DNA from: Amoebophrya sp. A120
Lineage: Eukaryota > Protista > Dinoflagellata
Reading direction: 5' to 3'
DNA: 64,000 nt
Assembly: GCA_905178155.1 (NCBI GenBank)
Contig: CAJINV010000013.1
Coordinates: 1,678,281 to 1,742,280, forward strand
The position numbers were made by a program, and so were the translations under genes. Numbering within the stretch: position 1 is the stretch's first letter; the number at the start of each line of letters is the position of its first letter. Below the pieces are notes generated by a model, which was not told the DNA's origin, made no database searches, and saw only the letters and a list, made by a program, of their open reading frames with translations. Positions 47,800 to 59,019 of this stretch are shown piece by piece.

Positions 47800-49837
47800 T
47801 TGTGTCCTCTACTGAAACGAGACTTCTTCGAACACAGCGTAAATACCTACGAGTATAATCGAGATTCAAGTAGTACTGCCGAATACTCCGGTGGAAAAAT
47901 ATCAGGCTGTAGCAGCAGAATGAAGCCCACGACCGCGTTGGCGGAAACTTTTCTGTGCGGAGGTACTGGTGGAGGGAGCGCCGCGTCTGCTTCTTCAACG
48001 TCGAGTTCTTCTGCCAGGGACAGCGCCTCACGCCACGCAATGACTCTGCACCAGGTTGATAATCTCGACAAACTTCACGAAGCGATAATTTTCCGGAGGA
48101 ACCGAAATACGTTTGCGTATCCCAAACGGTTCCGCCGGAAAATGTTGAGCACGACTTCTTTCTACAACGACTGCTCGACCTCCAACACGCAAAATTCGGA
48201 GTGCCAGGACTTCCGCGGTCTGTTCGCCGCGAAAGAGCTCGTCCCGGAGGCCATGCTGACGTGCGGCGACGTGGAGCCGTTGTCCGGCAACCCGGTCGAC
48301 CCGTTCCGCCGGTTGCACTACGTGAAGGAGTCCCAGTCGAACATGTGGTACAAGTGCTGCGAGCAGCGGAACGAGGACCGGTTCGTCTTCAACTCCGGCC
48401 CGCCGCAGCTCCGGAACGAGGGCCCGTGGATCCCGGGCATTGGACCGCTCTACGGGATGAGCCGGCGGGTGCAGGAGGAGCTAAAGAAGTTAACGGACTT
48501 CGGGGGGCAGATCATCAACCTGCTCCAGTGGAACCAGCTCACGGGCGGCCTCTTCGCCGGCAGCCAGGCGGAGAAAATTCTGGAAAAGGCGCAGCTCGTA
48601 TCAAGATGAAAAATCCCCCCTCGTCCCCATATTCAAATGAAAATCCGTGATGCGGGACTTGTCGTGTACACAAGTGTCTTGCAGTAGGAGATCGCAGGCA
48701 GATCGTTTATGTGTGAACAGGCCTTGTGCTGTACTTAGGCACTTAGCATGGCAGACGTCTCCGCTGGAGGCCTTACAGCGCTACAAATAATTCGCTCCTG
48801 GATTTTCGTGCAAGACAGGAACGCTTATACTGAGAAGTATACCGCTTCAGTAGAAGGAGGGGGGATTTTTCCTCGTAATAGCTCGCGACGATCAAGACCA
48901 GCTGTGTGTCCGGGAAGGCGTGCTTGGGGCACAGTTTCACGGATCAGCTATGCGCTGGAAGTATGTCTGGGTCCACTTGAGGCCATGGAAAACTGCAATT
49001 TTGCATGACCGCAGGGAAGGAGCCTTTGTTTTCCTGCTCATGCGTAGTTACAGATGCAGATTTCAGAGTCATGTGAGATGACAAGCGTGACAATAAACCC
49101 GCAGTCGCACCCGTTTAGACCACCCAGACCCATTTGCAGTGCATACCAACGCGTGAAGTACAATATGATGCCGGCGAGAAATATGAAACTGTCAGGATTG
49201 AAATTGACAAAGTTGAAAAATTTGTGATGCATAAAACCGACACCAGTTGGAAGCCTAATTTCTAAGCGGCGCATGACAAATTTCGACGTCATCCAAATCC
49301 AGTCTGTCATGCTGTTTAGCGAAAGAAGGCATCCTTTGTCATGCTACTTTAGCAGCTTCTTCCCAAACCCGAAACAGGCTCACAACTGGCCCTCACAACT
49401 GGCCTCACTTGGAATCCCTGCAAGACAGTCACTACGTGCCTTGCATTTTATGCATCGCAGATTATTTCAACTTTGTCGATTTCAATCCTGACGCACCGAT
49501 AAGAAATCTTCGCTGCGCGTTGATGGAGAACCTGAAAACGAAGGTGGACTATTTCGGGCGCCGGAAGCAGACCCGGTTTTGCCAGTCGTTCAAGCGTTCC
49601 TTGGTCGAGAAGTTGCTGAAGCAGGTGAACGGGCTCACCCGGACGATATTGCGCAAAGCGGTCTCCTTCGTTCCCTTCAGCACGGGGTGCAGGGGAGCCC
49701 GGTTTGCGTGTCTGCAGCCGTACGACGGGATGGGAAAGAAGTACCGGGTGAATCTAGAAGAGCCGACTTGCGTCGACACAGGATGGAAAAATGAACCCTG
49801 GACCTTTCCCCACAATTATCAAGTGACTTTTCTGTAA
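47800..49837 (+). CDS. Hypothetical Cys-containing protein (3 introner introns; 5' end unresolved)
   Basis: ORF 47800-48609 joins KAQLATIKTSCVSGKACLGHSFTDQRVKYNMMPARNLRCALMENLKTKVDYFG...QVTFL* across three elements. Confidence 0.65.
48599..48880. mobile_element. Family B element / non-canonical intron
   Basis: Perfect DR GCTCG. End TATCAAGATGAAAAATCCCCCC as at 26530. Confidence 0.9.
48949..49145. mobile_element. Family A-like element / non-canonical intron
   Basis: TATG...TGTCTGGGTC start and CCCAGAC...GCATA end. DR TCAGC/CCAAC. Frame restored. Confidence 0.75.
49182..49501. mobile_element. Element with ~55-bp TIR / non-canonical intron
   Basis: Perfect DR AGAAA. TIR core GTCAGGATTGAAAT(T/C)GACAAAGTTGAAA...GATGCATAAAA. 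Confidence 0.9.
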
Positions 49838-50874
49838 CAAAATGGCAGGATGTAGATGACGATGGTGATGAAGAGACTACTAGGGCATGAGAGTCAAAAA
49901 TCCAGTACGTATTTTTTCGTAAAAGACCACCAGTTGCCAGCGCTGTCAAAATGTCCCTTCACCAATGTTTGTCCTGCGAAAGAGAAAGACCAATCTCTCC
50001 GATCTACTAAAAGGAAGGTCGGAATAAAAAGGCCTGCAACGGTTCTAGCTAGCGATAGCGTTCTCCTTTTCATCGCCACATAGCGTTTGTAGTTTTGCTT
50101 CGAAGTTGTAGAGAGACATCTATGAGTTTGCAAGCCTGTTCGATGTCGTTTTGATGTCGACGCAAAGAGAAGAAAACATCACAGTCAAAGCGGCAAAATT
50201 TGATTATGATTGTCGACACAGTCCACCTCGCGAAAGCGAACCGAGGATCCGATACAGATGTGGTCATTTCATCAATCTTTTGGTCCTTTTCTGGCTCCTA
50301 CCGCGGTTTGTTTTGGATGACACGACGATAGTGCGTTTTTTTTGATTCGTAGGAAGAATGAAAGAACCCAGCTCAGCGGCAAGATTGATTAGGACGATGA
50401 GACGGAACTGTTACGCCCTGGCACTGAATAAGTAGAAAATAGAACGGTTTTATTGAGGAGAGTGGAAGAAGTACAACTAGTCAGCACCGCTACGGACACA
50501 AATTTTTACGATTAGCCGGAGTTCGTTGTAGGAACAAAAGCACTCTAGTTTGAAACGAAATTTGTACTACTAGTAGATGTTTATTGAACGCGTCGTGTTT
50601 TTTATTTCACGTAGAAGTATATGATTTTTGTTACCCCGAAGATCGCACGACCTAGACCTTGAAGTAGTACTCACCGCAAAAAAAAAAACCCGTCGCCTAA
50701 CTAAGGTGAAGTATGTTCCGACATAAGTAATATATGAGACAGTTTTTGAAGATTTCTTTTCGCACGTCCCGTAACCCCACCTGAAAGTGAAAATCCCCCA
50801 CGAGGAAAAAGTACTATACTTACCCCCAGCACTAACCACCACATTTAGATTTATCATCCCCAACGCGATCGCGA

Positions 50875-53574
50875 ATGGCGGCGTTTAACTACGGTTACCC
50901 CGGTTATCCGGGTGGCGGCGCTCCGAGCAAGCCCGCGGCGCCGATTCCGGAGAACATTCAGGCGAAGTCGCAGGGACGGCTGATGAAGGAGCAGAAAATG
51001 ATGCATGAGCAGCGGGACGAGATGGCGGAGCTGGGAATCTACGTCCGGTGGGACGAAAACGTGCTCACCAAGGTGAAAGCTCTCATTGTCGGCCCCCCAG
51101 AAACGCCATACCAGAACGGGTATTGGAATATCAAAGCTGTGAAGTTCATCCACGTTTCTTCTCAGGAACAATTGGTGCTTTTAGTTTTAGCATACATGCA
51201 GAGAAATGAAAAACGAGATTCAAGAACTGAAATTCCATGCAGGTTTTTCTTTTTCGACGTTGACTTTCCGGGGAATTATCCCTACGCTCCGCCGAAAGTC
51301 ATGTTTCGCACCGGCGACGGGCGAGTACGCTTCAACCCGAATTTATACGTGGAGGGAAAGGTGTGCTTGTCGATTCTGGGCACGTGGCAGGGGCCGGGAT
51401 GGACCAGTATTGGATGCTTTTTTTGTGCCGCACTGTCACGCTTGCGGCTTTGAAATTCTGTCATGCATGACGCGAAGAATTATCGTTATGTATGAGAGTG
51501 GCTCTTGATCTTTTTAATGCAAACAGCGAGTAGAAAAAAATTTGAGTATCAAGTATCGTCGAGGAGAACCACTCATATTACCTCTAGGTATCTGCAATCT
51601 CCGATCGGTCCTGATCACGATTCAGTCGTTGATGTCGAATCACCCGATTTTATCGCCCGGAAAATAAACGTAAACTTTTTCACTGGAAGACACCTACCGA
51701 TCCACTGCCTTAAAAATGGATAAATACGCATGTACTAGTACAGAACAGGACAAGCGCTTTCCTGTTGCATCCTATGCATGGTGCATCACAGGACAGTTTA
51801 AAGATATCCTCGACCACAGTGAAGCAGTTTTCTAAATTTTCATGCGATAGAGTACCAACGAGCCCGGCCACGAGAACTCCACGGGGAAGAAGGAAGACAC
51901 CGACTACAATAAAATCCTTACCTACGAGACCGTGCACGTTGGTGTGTTGAAGATGCACCAGATGCCCCCGACGGGGTTCGAGATCTTCCGCGAGGAGTTG
52001 AACGAGCTGTTTGCGAAGAATTACGAAACATTCGAGCCGGTTTTGAAGAAGTACGACTCGGAGTATCAAGTAGAAAAGTGTTCCCACGATCCCAAAATGT
52101 GCATGTGGAACAAGTGTTTGTGTTGTAAAAGTTCTCAATGGACTAAACATTTGCCTCCTTGCATGTATCAGCATGACATCAAACTGGCAAGCCGGAATGG
52201 CTTAAGTAGACAATTGCTGGAAAAAGGCCCAGCGCGGGGCGGACTTGTCATGTCGGAGCTGCTGCTTTGCGCACCTTGAATCCGAAGCAGTGTTCTTTTC
52301 ACTTGGAAACTACTAACTTTGCAACGCAAACACTTCTTGGAGCTACTTAACTTCCCGGGTCGTGGGGGCATTTTTGATTTTGATACCAACCAGGGCAAAG
52401 TGGTCCGAAGCCCGATCTGGCAGTTCTCCTGTACTTTCGATCCGAAGAAGGTCCGGGAGGGGTTGAAAAAGGAGCTGGCGAAGATCGCGGGAAACAACAA
52501 AAAAGCAGGAACTACTACCGTGGGGTCCCCGAAGAAGGGGCCGGTCGCGGTGGAGAGCAGAGAGAAAGACGAGGAGGTCCTAGATAAGGCGAACTGCAAA
52601 ACCACGGCAGCTAGTACCTCCAAGGGCACTACGACCAGCTCCTCGGGGGTCAGTATCGACGTGAAAAGTCTGCCCACACCACAGTGTTAATTGCTGCCAA
52701 CTACATGCAGCTGAGTAATAGATCAGGAATAGGAAAAACGACGAAACAACTACTGAGGAATGTTGTACTTTCAACCTCACTTCTTGGCGCTCGCTGTCGG
52801 AACTGCACGAAAACATCATGATGCGTGGGAACAATAAAGCAGTCTTCTTTTGGTTTTGTTGTTTCGTCCGTTTCATTTCTTAAAATGTCAACATGCTTCA
52901 AGAAGCAAGTTCGTTTTGCAACAACTCCTGATGCCTACATATTATGCCCGGAAATGCATTCTGGCAGATGTCCACTGTCTCACTGCAGTGAAATCTGTCA
53001 TGCGTGTCGTTTTTTAGTTTCATGGCGTATCTATAATGCATAGCAGCGGCGGACCAGATCAATCTCAAAATTGCTCGTCCTTTTGGTCACGATTTTTTTT
53101 TATTTCATTTGAAAGTTTTGTACATCTTTCTCTCCTGGGAACGAACCAGACGGAGTAACAGGCATGACAAATTTCCAATGTGAATGTGGTGTGGGTGGTC
53201 GTGTTTTCCTCTTGTCCATACGAAACGAGAAGGAAGTAGTAGCCGCAAATGCAGCCGCCAAGAAAGCTGGTTCCTCCACGACCGTATCAAATGCTATGAA
53301 AAAGAACGACAAAAGCAGTGCCACCGGGGCGGGTCCTTCCTCGGTAAAGGAGAAGAAAGACTCGAAAGCGACGACGAGCATGAAGAAAAAGGAAGACCAG
53401 CACGTGGTGGAAGATGACAACAAAAAGACCGCTGCAGCAGCATCATCCACCAAAGCTATGAAGAAAGCCCCCGCGGCGGCTGCAGCCTCCGATGAGAAGT
53501 CGGAGAGCGGCGGGGCCAAGGGACCGAATTCCAAAAAAGCCAAACGGGAACCCTCTTCCAAAAGCGCGAAGTGA
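50875..53574 (+). CDS. Ubiquitin-conjugating enzyme E2, UBE2Z/BIRC6-like, with a Lys/Ala-rich C-terminal tail (~430 aa; 2 GT-AG and 3 introner introns)
   Basis: KALIVGPPETPYQNGFFFFDVDFPGNYPYAPPKV...[42 protein letters not shown]...NEPGHE. GT-AG introns 51120-51242 and 51407-51587. Confidence 0.9.
51651..51849. mobile_element. TATC...GATA element / non-canonical intron within the UBC domain
   Basis: TIR TATCGCCCGGAAAAT vs TATCGCATGAAAAT. DR GATTT/GAGTA. Removal rebuilds SLMSNHPI(S/T)NEPG. Confidence 0.85.
52064..52385. mobile_element. TATC...GATA element / non-canonical intron
   Basis: TIR TATCAAGTAGAAAAGTGTTCCCACGA vs TATCAAAATCAAAAATGCCCCCACGA. DR decayed, frame restored. Confidence 0.8.
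52654..53220. mobile_element. TAT...ATA element / non-canonical intron
   Basis: Subterminal inverted repeat CCCACACCACA/TGTGGTGTGGG. Removal +5 links ORF 52319 to ORF 53164. Confidence 0.72.
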
Positions 53575-54608
53575 TGACACTGATGTCGTAATATAATTCT
53601 GAATACTTGAGCATCTACATCTACTACTGTGATGTGATTACTACTAGTAGAGTGGTTTCTTGGAAGATTTCATTACCATTGTACTTTCCCCTACTACTTC
53701 TTCACGTTTTGATGTCCCGTTTTATATCATCTACGGCAGTGACAATGAATGGATCAGGAGTGCTGCCCTCCAAGGGCGAGGAATGAAGAAGAAACGTGAA
53801 GAATGTTTGACCCAAAAGAAAATACAGCCCATTTCTTCAAGAACGTCGACTGTGTATCAACGCAAGAAAAAATATAGTATCTCGAACAAAGGAAACCACC
53901 CGCGCGACGGAAATGAAGTTCTAGTGACAAGCAGTTCGGCTCCTGCAGGAGGTCTTGTCGCAGCACTGATTTATGGGGACAACGCGAAATAAATTCGTTC
54001 CTGGAACTGTTCTCTTGATGATCTGAAATTGTGAGCAGCAAGAGCTGTTAGATGGAGCTAACTAGTGGAAGGATGAAATTTGCAGATCACCTGACGATAG
54101 AAACAATGATCGATTTTTTGAGCGACGAAACGGTCGATGATTCTGAACCGATCAGTGATGTGAGACGAAGAACAGCTACTTCCTTCCCGTTCGCAGCTGG
54201 GAAAATTCGTCTCTTGTGTCAGCAACGATACGAACTCAACATTCGGCGCAATAAAGGTAGACCGTGAAAAATGCGCAACTTTGCTTTCTGCGTTTTGACC
54301 AATCTTCTTTGCAGTGGTGGAAAAGTGGCAGGGTGTAAGTGGAATTGCTGAAGAATGAAGTTCTCTTTTGTCAGCAATAAGTCGAGCACTATGAAAGCGG
54401 AATAAGAATGCGCCTCTAGCATCGGAAGGGCTCGCCTTTATACTTGTTTTTGCCGTTTTTAATACAATTTCGCTCAACAGGACGCAAAGAAACGATGTGT
54501 TTCTTCATCCGAGACAAAAGTTTATGCTTGTGAAAGTGGGCTTCCTGTCGTTGGACCCGGAAGGCTGCTTGTCGACCGCAGAAGCTCATCCGGAAACAGC
54601 GCGAGGAA

Positions 54609-57600
54609 ATGTCCGACCGCACGCGTGCAGGAGAGGACCATCTTCCATTGGCGGAAGGCAGTCACTTCGACCTAGCGCGGCAAGCCGCCGACGTCATCTC
54701 ACATCTGCCCAAAAAGGAGGTGGACTGCGATGAGGCAGAGAAGTTGCAGGATCATGCAGGGGCGTTGTCCAACCGCACAACTGCGGATAAAAATGATACG
54801 CACGAAGATCGGTCAGAAGTCTTCGCGTCCGATGATGTCTCCGAGCTGCAGAACAAAAGCTACTCGACGTCCTCGTCGCTGCCCCCTTCGAACAAGAAAC
54901 TGCCGTTGGGAAGAACTACAAAATCTACCAGCACTCCACGCATGAAGCCCTGGATTCTGAAAAAGCTGTTTACCAAACAAGACCGGACCCTTGCGCAGGC
55001 GTTTCCGGCGAACCTGCTGACCGATGCAATCACGGTGGTGCAGTACCTTAAGAAGAAGAAGGATATCCTCGCGAAATTCGGACCAGATTGGGTCCAAAGA
55101 ATAGAATCCGCGATCGCGAAGCACACCGAGTTTGACTCCATCGCAGCCCTGGGCAAGCAGCTCGAGCAGTGGCGGGTGGAGGCGCAAACGGTGGGCTTCA
55201 ATGCGGACGCGTACTACACGGAAAAGAGGGTCGCCGGCTACACTGCGCACTTGACGTCAAATCTTCACACGAAGGGTAGTGGTTCTTCTCTTTGCACCAC
55301 CACGGGGGGAACAACTGAGATGAAAAACGAAGCTGCTGCCTTTTGTTCAACATCGACGGAGGTGGGTGCCGTAGTTGCCGATCACGAAGACCAGCAGGAC
55401 CTGCACTGCGACAGACAGAACAAGGAGCAGCACCCTTGCAAAGCCCGGAAGCTGGAGGACGGGACTGCGAAAGGAGTCGGTGCATCAACCGGCAAAATAA
55501 AAAACCGCGACACAGCATTGCTTCCAGTGCCCGCGTCCAGTTTCTCCAAAACAAGAAGTGGGACGAGAAGTTGTACTAGTATTACCTGCAGCTCCACGCA
55601 GCTATCCGTTCGGGCAGTTGTTCCACCCCCGGTGGAACCAGCGCAAGACACCACGGGAAGCTCGCAGATGGCTCTGGCGCAGATCTGTGTGGGCTGCTTG
55701 AATTGGGAGAAGGACGACGTCGTGGCGCTGGAGGAAGGGAGGGCAACTTTGTGGCAGGACTGGGAGATGAAGAGGATGGGCGCGCTGGGAGGAAAAAAAA
55801 TTGAAGAACAATTATCGGAGGAGAAGATGTTGAAAAGGAACAGCGGAGGACCCGCAGCTACGGTTTCCTCGTCATCGCCCGTGGCTCAGAACAATTTTTC
55901 GAAAGTTCGGTCTTCAGGAGAACAAATCGAGAAAGACCCGACCAAGAAAATGAATGCCAAAATAAATCCCCCAGCACCGGAAAATAAGCTAATCACGAAA
56001 AATAAAAGGGAAGCCGCGACGGAAGGAACTACAACCTCTTCTTCCCCCCACGACCCCGCCAAAAAATCATCCACTTTCCTGGTCGCGGATTTCGGGTGCG
56101 GAACGGGGCTCAGCTCCCACGCGTTCCCGGCGAACAGTTTTGTCCTGGGTGTGGACGGGTCGTCCGCGATGTTGAACCGTTGCACACTCGGGGGCAGGTA
56201 CGGCGGAGACCGAATTTTTGCCGACTTGTCCCAGGGCGTACCTTTCCGGGCGAACGTACTCGACGCGGCGATTTCCGTTGCGTGCGTCCACTACCTGTGC
56301 GTCCGCGGCCCGGACGACCGACCTGGGGAAGAGCGGGTGCGGCGCTTGTTGGACTACCCGATCCGGGACAACAACTACTGCTACCAGTTTTTCAAGCACG
56401 GAGACCTGACTCTGGACCAAATCGCCGCGAAGTTGCTGCATGCGGCGAGGAAAGGCGAAGATGAGCGGGAGCTGGGGCGGGCGCAGGAGATAGAGGAAGA
56501 TGTTGAACAAAACCGGGAAGATGTTGATGTTGATCAACATCTTCCTCAAACTGCTAGTAGCACACAAGCAACTACTGGTGCCAAAAAAACCTACCCCGTG
56601 CTGGTCCGCGACTTCCCCCACCTGAAGGACCATCAGGAGCGCATGTTTCTCGTCGGCAATTCGGGCGTGGGCGACTGCAACTTTCCGTACTGCAAGCTGT
56701 TTCAAGACGACCAATTGTATCTGGAGCGGAACACGTACACGCGGGCTGTTCTGGACGAGGGCAAGTGTGGTCTTCGTGGGGTGGAAGTCAAAGAGAACGG
56801 ATCTGTTCAACCACTTGTTCCGGACAGAATTATCGCGGATCATGAAAAGCCGGTGCAGAAGTGCGGCGTGGAGCAGACTGTGAAATTTTTGCAAGTGGAG
56901 TACGCAGAAGTAAGCTCATTATGCCAGTTGACATTGCTGCAGCTCTTCCATGCTCGGGAGTCCTACATCCGGTACAAAAAATGCGGGGCAATTCACCCGG
57001 AAGATGACCACAAACGGGAATTGGAGGCGAATTTGCTACTGGATAGCGAACGGGGGTACTACGAAGAGTCTGCGGACAGGAGAAAGCTACGAACTTACAA
57101 TCCCGAACCTGCTCGGACCCCTAGTGCCCAAAAGCCGCGAACGGGCCCTCCACACCGATTGGAAAAGTTGGAGAAGTCGTCCCCTTGTCCCTTGACGTCT
57201 ACTTCTATTGCGGACGGGGAGTCCGCACTGGAAGCGGACGCTACTTCTATTGCTTCTTCAACCATTTCACCAAAGCCGACCATGATTACCGTGACCGGAC
57301 TCACCACCCACAGGCAGTGGGCCAAAAAGCTAGTCGAAGGCGTTTTCGGCGGGGAGGAGGCCGTAAAGTCGGAGAATTTCCGAAAGATCGCGGCTTTCCT
57401 GCAGGACCATTTCGACTGGACGGTGCGAAAATACGTGAAACAGGTGTCGCACTTCATTCGCAAGGTGAAGCACGAACAGCAGCGGGTTTTCTCAGATAAG
57501 TCTTTCATCAAAGTTGCCCGCCTGGATACGGCGAAAAATTACGCCGATCTGCTCGCCAACCACTGGGCGCCGATTGTGCAGGAGTACCATTTTCACGACA

Positions 57601-58046
57601 TGGGGGAGTTCGACAGCGCAACGATTGCGAAGGCCGCGCGGGTGCGAACAGAGCTGATCAAAAACTGGAAGGAACCGCAAGAGTGTCAATTACATCTATG
57701 GTGGAAGGAGGGTCGGCTGACATTGCAGGATCCTTGGGACCTTTTCGAGCGGTTGATGCAGGAGCAGACCGAGGAAACAAGCGATCAGCACGGCTACCGT
57801 TGCGGTCATCATCCTGGTCATCATCCCACCTCGACGGATGTTCTTGAGGACGTGCGCGAAGAGAAGAGTGTTTTTGCGGGAGGACCACAGCTGCAGACGA
57901 TGGCTCAGCGGAGACGGCTCATTTTGTCGGTACTGAAAACGCTGAATTTGAACTATCCCAATAGCGCAAAGAGGCTGCGCACCGTGAAGGATGAAACCCT
58001 CGCGAAAGTGTTGGCTGTAGGAAGTTACGATACGGTGTGCGGCTAA
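54609..58046 (+). CDS. Large (1145 aa) class I SAM-dependent methyltransferase, Bud23/WBSCR22-like core with long insertions
   Basis: VADFGCGTGLS, LGVDGSSAML and ADLSQGVPFRANVLDAAISVACVHYLC resemble Bud23 motifs. Intronless ORF. Confidence 0.75.
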   Translation: MSDRTRAGEDHLPLAEGSHFDLARQAADVISHLPKKEVDCDEAEKLQDHAGALSNRTTADKNDTHEDRSEVFASDDVSELQNKSYSTSSSLPPSNKKLPLGRTTKSTSTPRMKPWILKKLFTKQDRTLAQAFPANLLTDAITVVQYLKKKKDILAKFGPDWVQRIESAIAKHTEFDSIAALGKQLEQWRVEAQTVGFNADAYYTEKRVAGYTAHLTSNLHTKGSGSSLCTTTGGTTEMKNEAAAFCSTSTEVGAVVADHEDQQDLHCDRQNKEQHPCKARKLEDGTAKGVGASTGKIKNRDTALLPVPASSFSKTRSGTRSCTSITCSSTQLSVRAVVPPPVEPAQDTTGSSQMALAQICVGCLNWEKDDVVALEEGRATLWQDWEMKRMGALGGKKIEEQLSEEKMLKRNSGGPAATVSSSSPVAQNNFSKVRSSGEQIEKDPTKKMNAKINPPAPENKLITKNKREAATEGTTTSSSPHDPAKKSSTFLVADFGCGTGLSSHAFPANSFVLGVDGSSAMLNRCTLGGRYGGDRIFADLSQGVPFRANVLDAAISVACVHYLCVRGPDDRPGEERVRRLLDYPIRDNNYCYQFFKHGDLTLDQIAAKLLHAARKGEDERELGRAQEIEEDVEQNREDVDVDQHLPQTASSTQATTGAKKTYPVLVRDFPHLKDHQERMFLVGNSGVGDCNFPYCKLFQDDQLYLERNTYTRAVLDEGKCGLRGVEVKENGSVQPLVPDRIIADHEKPVQKCGVEQTVKFLQVEYAEVSSLCQLTLLQLFHARESYIRYKKCGAIHPEDDHKRELEANLLLDSERGYYEESADRRKLRTYNPEPARTPSAQKPRTGPPHRLEKLEKSSPCPLTSTSIADGESALEADATSIASSTISPKPTMITVTGLTTHRQWAKKLVEGVFGGEEAVKSENFRKIAAFLQDHFDWTVRKYVKQVSHFIRKVKHEQQRVFSDKSFIKVARLDTAKNYADLLANHWAPIVQEYHFHDMGEFDSATIAKAARVRTELIKNWKEPQECQLHLWWKEGRLTLQDPWDLFERLMQEQTEETSDQHGYRCGHHPGHHPTSTDVLEDVREEKSVFAGGPQLQTMAQRRRLILSVLKTLNLNYPNSAKRLRTVKDETLAKVLAVGSYDTVCG

Positions 58047-58758
58047 GCTGATTATTGGATTGTTCTTGCACATCACCTTTGGTTGAGTGTTAAAGTATCT
58101 TGAAGTGACAGTGTCACCACGGCCAATTTTTTGCGCATAGCCAGTAAATCTTCTAAACGTGTAGGCAGTGTGATAAGTACCGTGATTGCAGCATAGGAAA
58201 GCTCGAGTGATAAAAATCGCTGCAAATTATATATAAAGCAAGGTACAGTAGACACACACAAGAAGAACATATTTCTTTTAGGTTTTCAAGAAGCCATACT
58301 AGTTCACTCCGCCATGCGTACTAAATCCACACACTGTCAGGAGGAAAGAACCTTCCGAAATTGTAAAAGCGACATTTTCTTGGCGACAAACTACAGCCTG
58401 GGGTGATGAAAGCATCACAAAGCCTAAGCCTTGCTTGTTTTCATCTCTTGATTAACGCCTATTTTGTTTAAAATTACGAATTTTTTTGTTCGACAAATCG
58501 GTTTCTTTGCTGGACCCAGGATCAACTACAACTGTGAGCTACTGAAGACCTTTTGTTTCGGCAGTAGCCCTGGGCTGCATCGCAAGCTGTTTTCTTTTCC
58601 AAAGATGTTTCGAAAATGAGAGTGTAAAGAAGTTCGTTTGTGTTTCTTCTGTTTGTACTCTGTCTTGCTACGGATTTTCACTTCAGTCTTCAATCTGGGC
58701 GAATTTATATGAGCATACTGTCGTTCTCAGCGGAATAAGATTGCTCTCCAGCGGGCGC

Positions 58759-59019
58759 TTGCCGGGCAAGGCGTTGTGGATCTCAACATCACTGCGGGCA
58801 CGCTAGTCGGCGTTGGCAGCATACTGGGTGACACGCGAAAAAAGTCCTTACCCTCCCTTGTCGCGGGAGCAGTGCTCGGCGCAGCGTACTACGGAGCCGC
58901 ATAGTTGGTTGATCGACTAGACTCCGTGAAGGGAATCCAAGCAGGCGCAGCTACCTCGGCGTCCCTGACCGCCGCAATGCTGCCACGATACCTAATAACC
59001 AAGGCGTTCATGCCTGCAG
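58759..59019 (+). pseudogene. Degenerate duplicate of TMEM14 exon 1
   Basis: Colinear with 62450-62714, but ATG changed to TTG, a 4-nt deletion near the start and an in-frame TAG at 58902-58904. Confidence 0.9.

Noticed and set aside
48956-49518. 563-nt intron bounded by a TGCGC direct repeat
   Set aside because: A chance repeat. The region resolves into elements 48949-49145 and 49182-49501 with a 31-nt exon.
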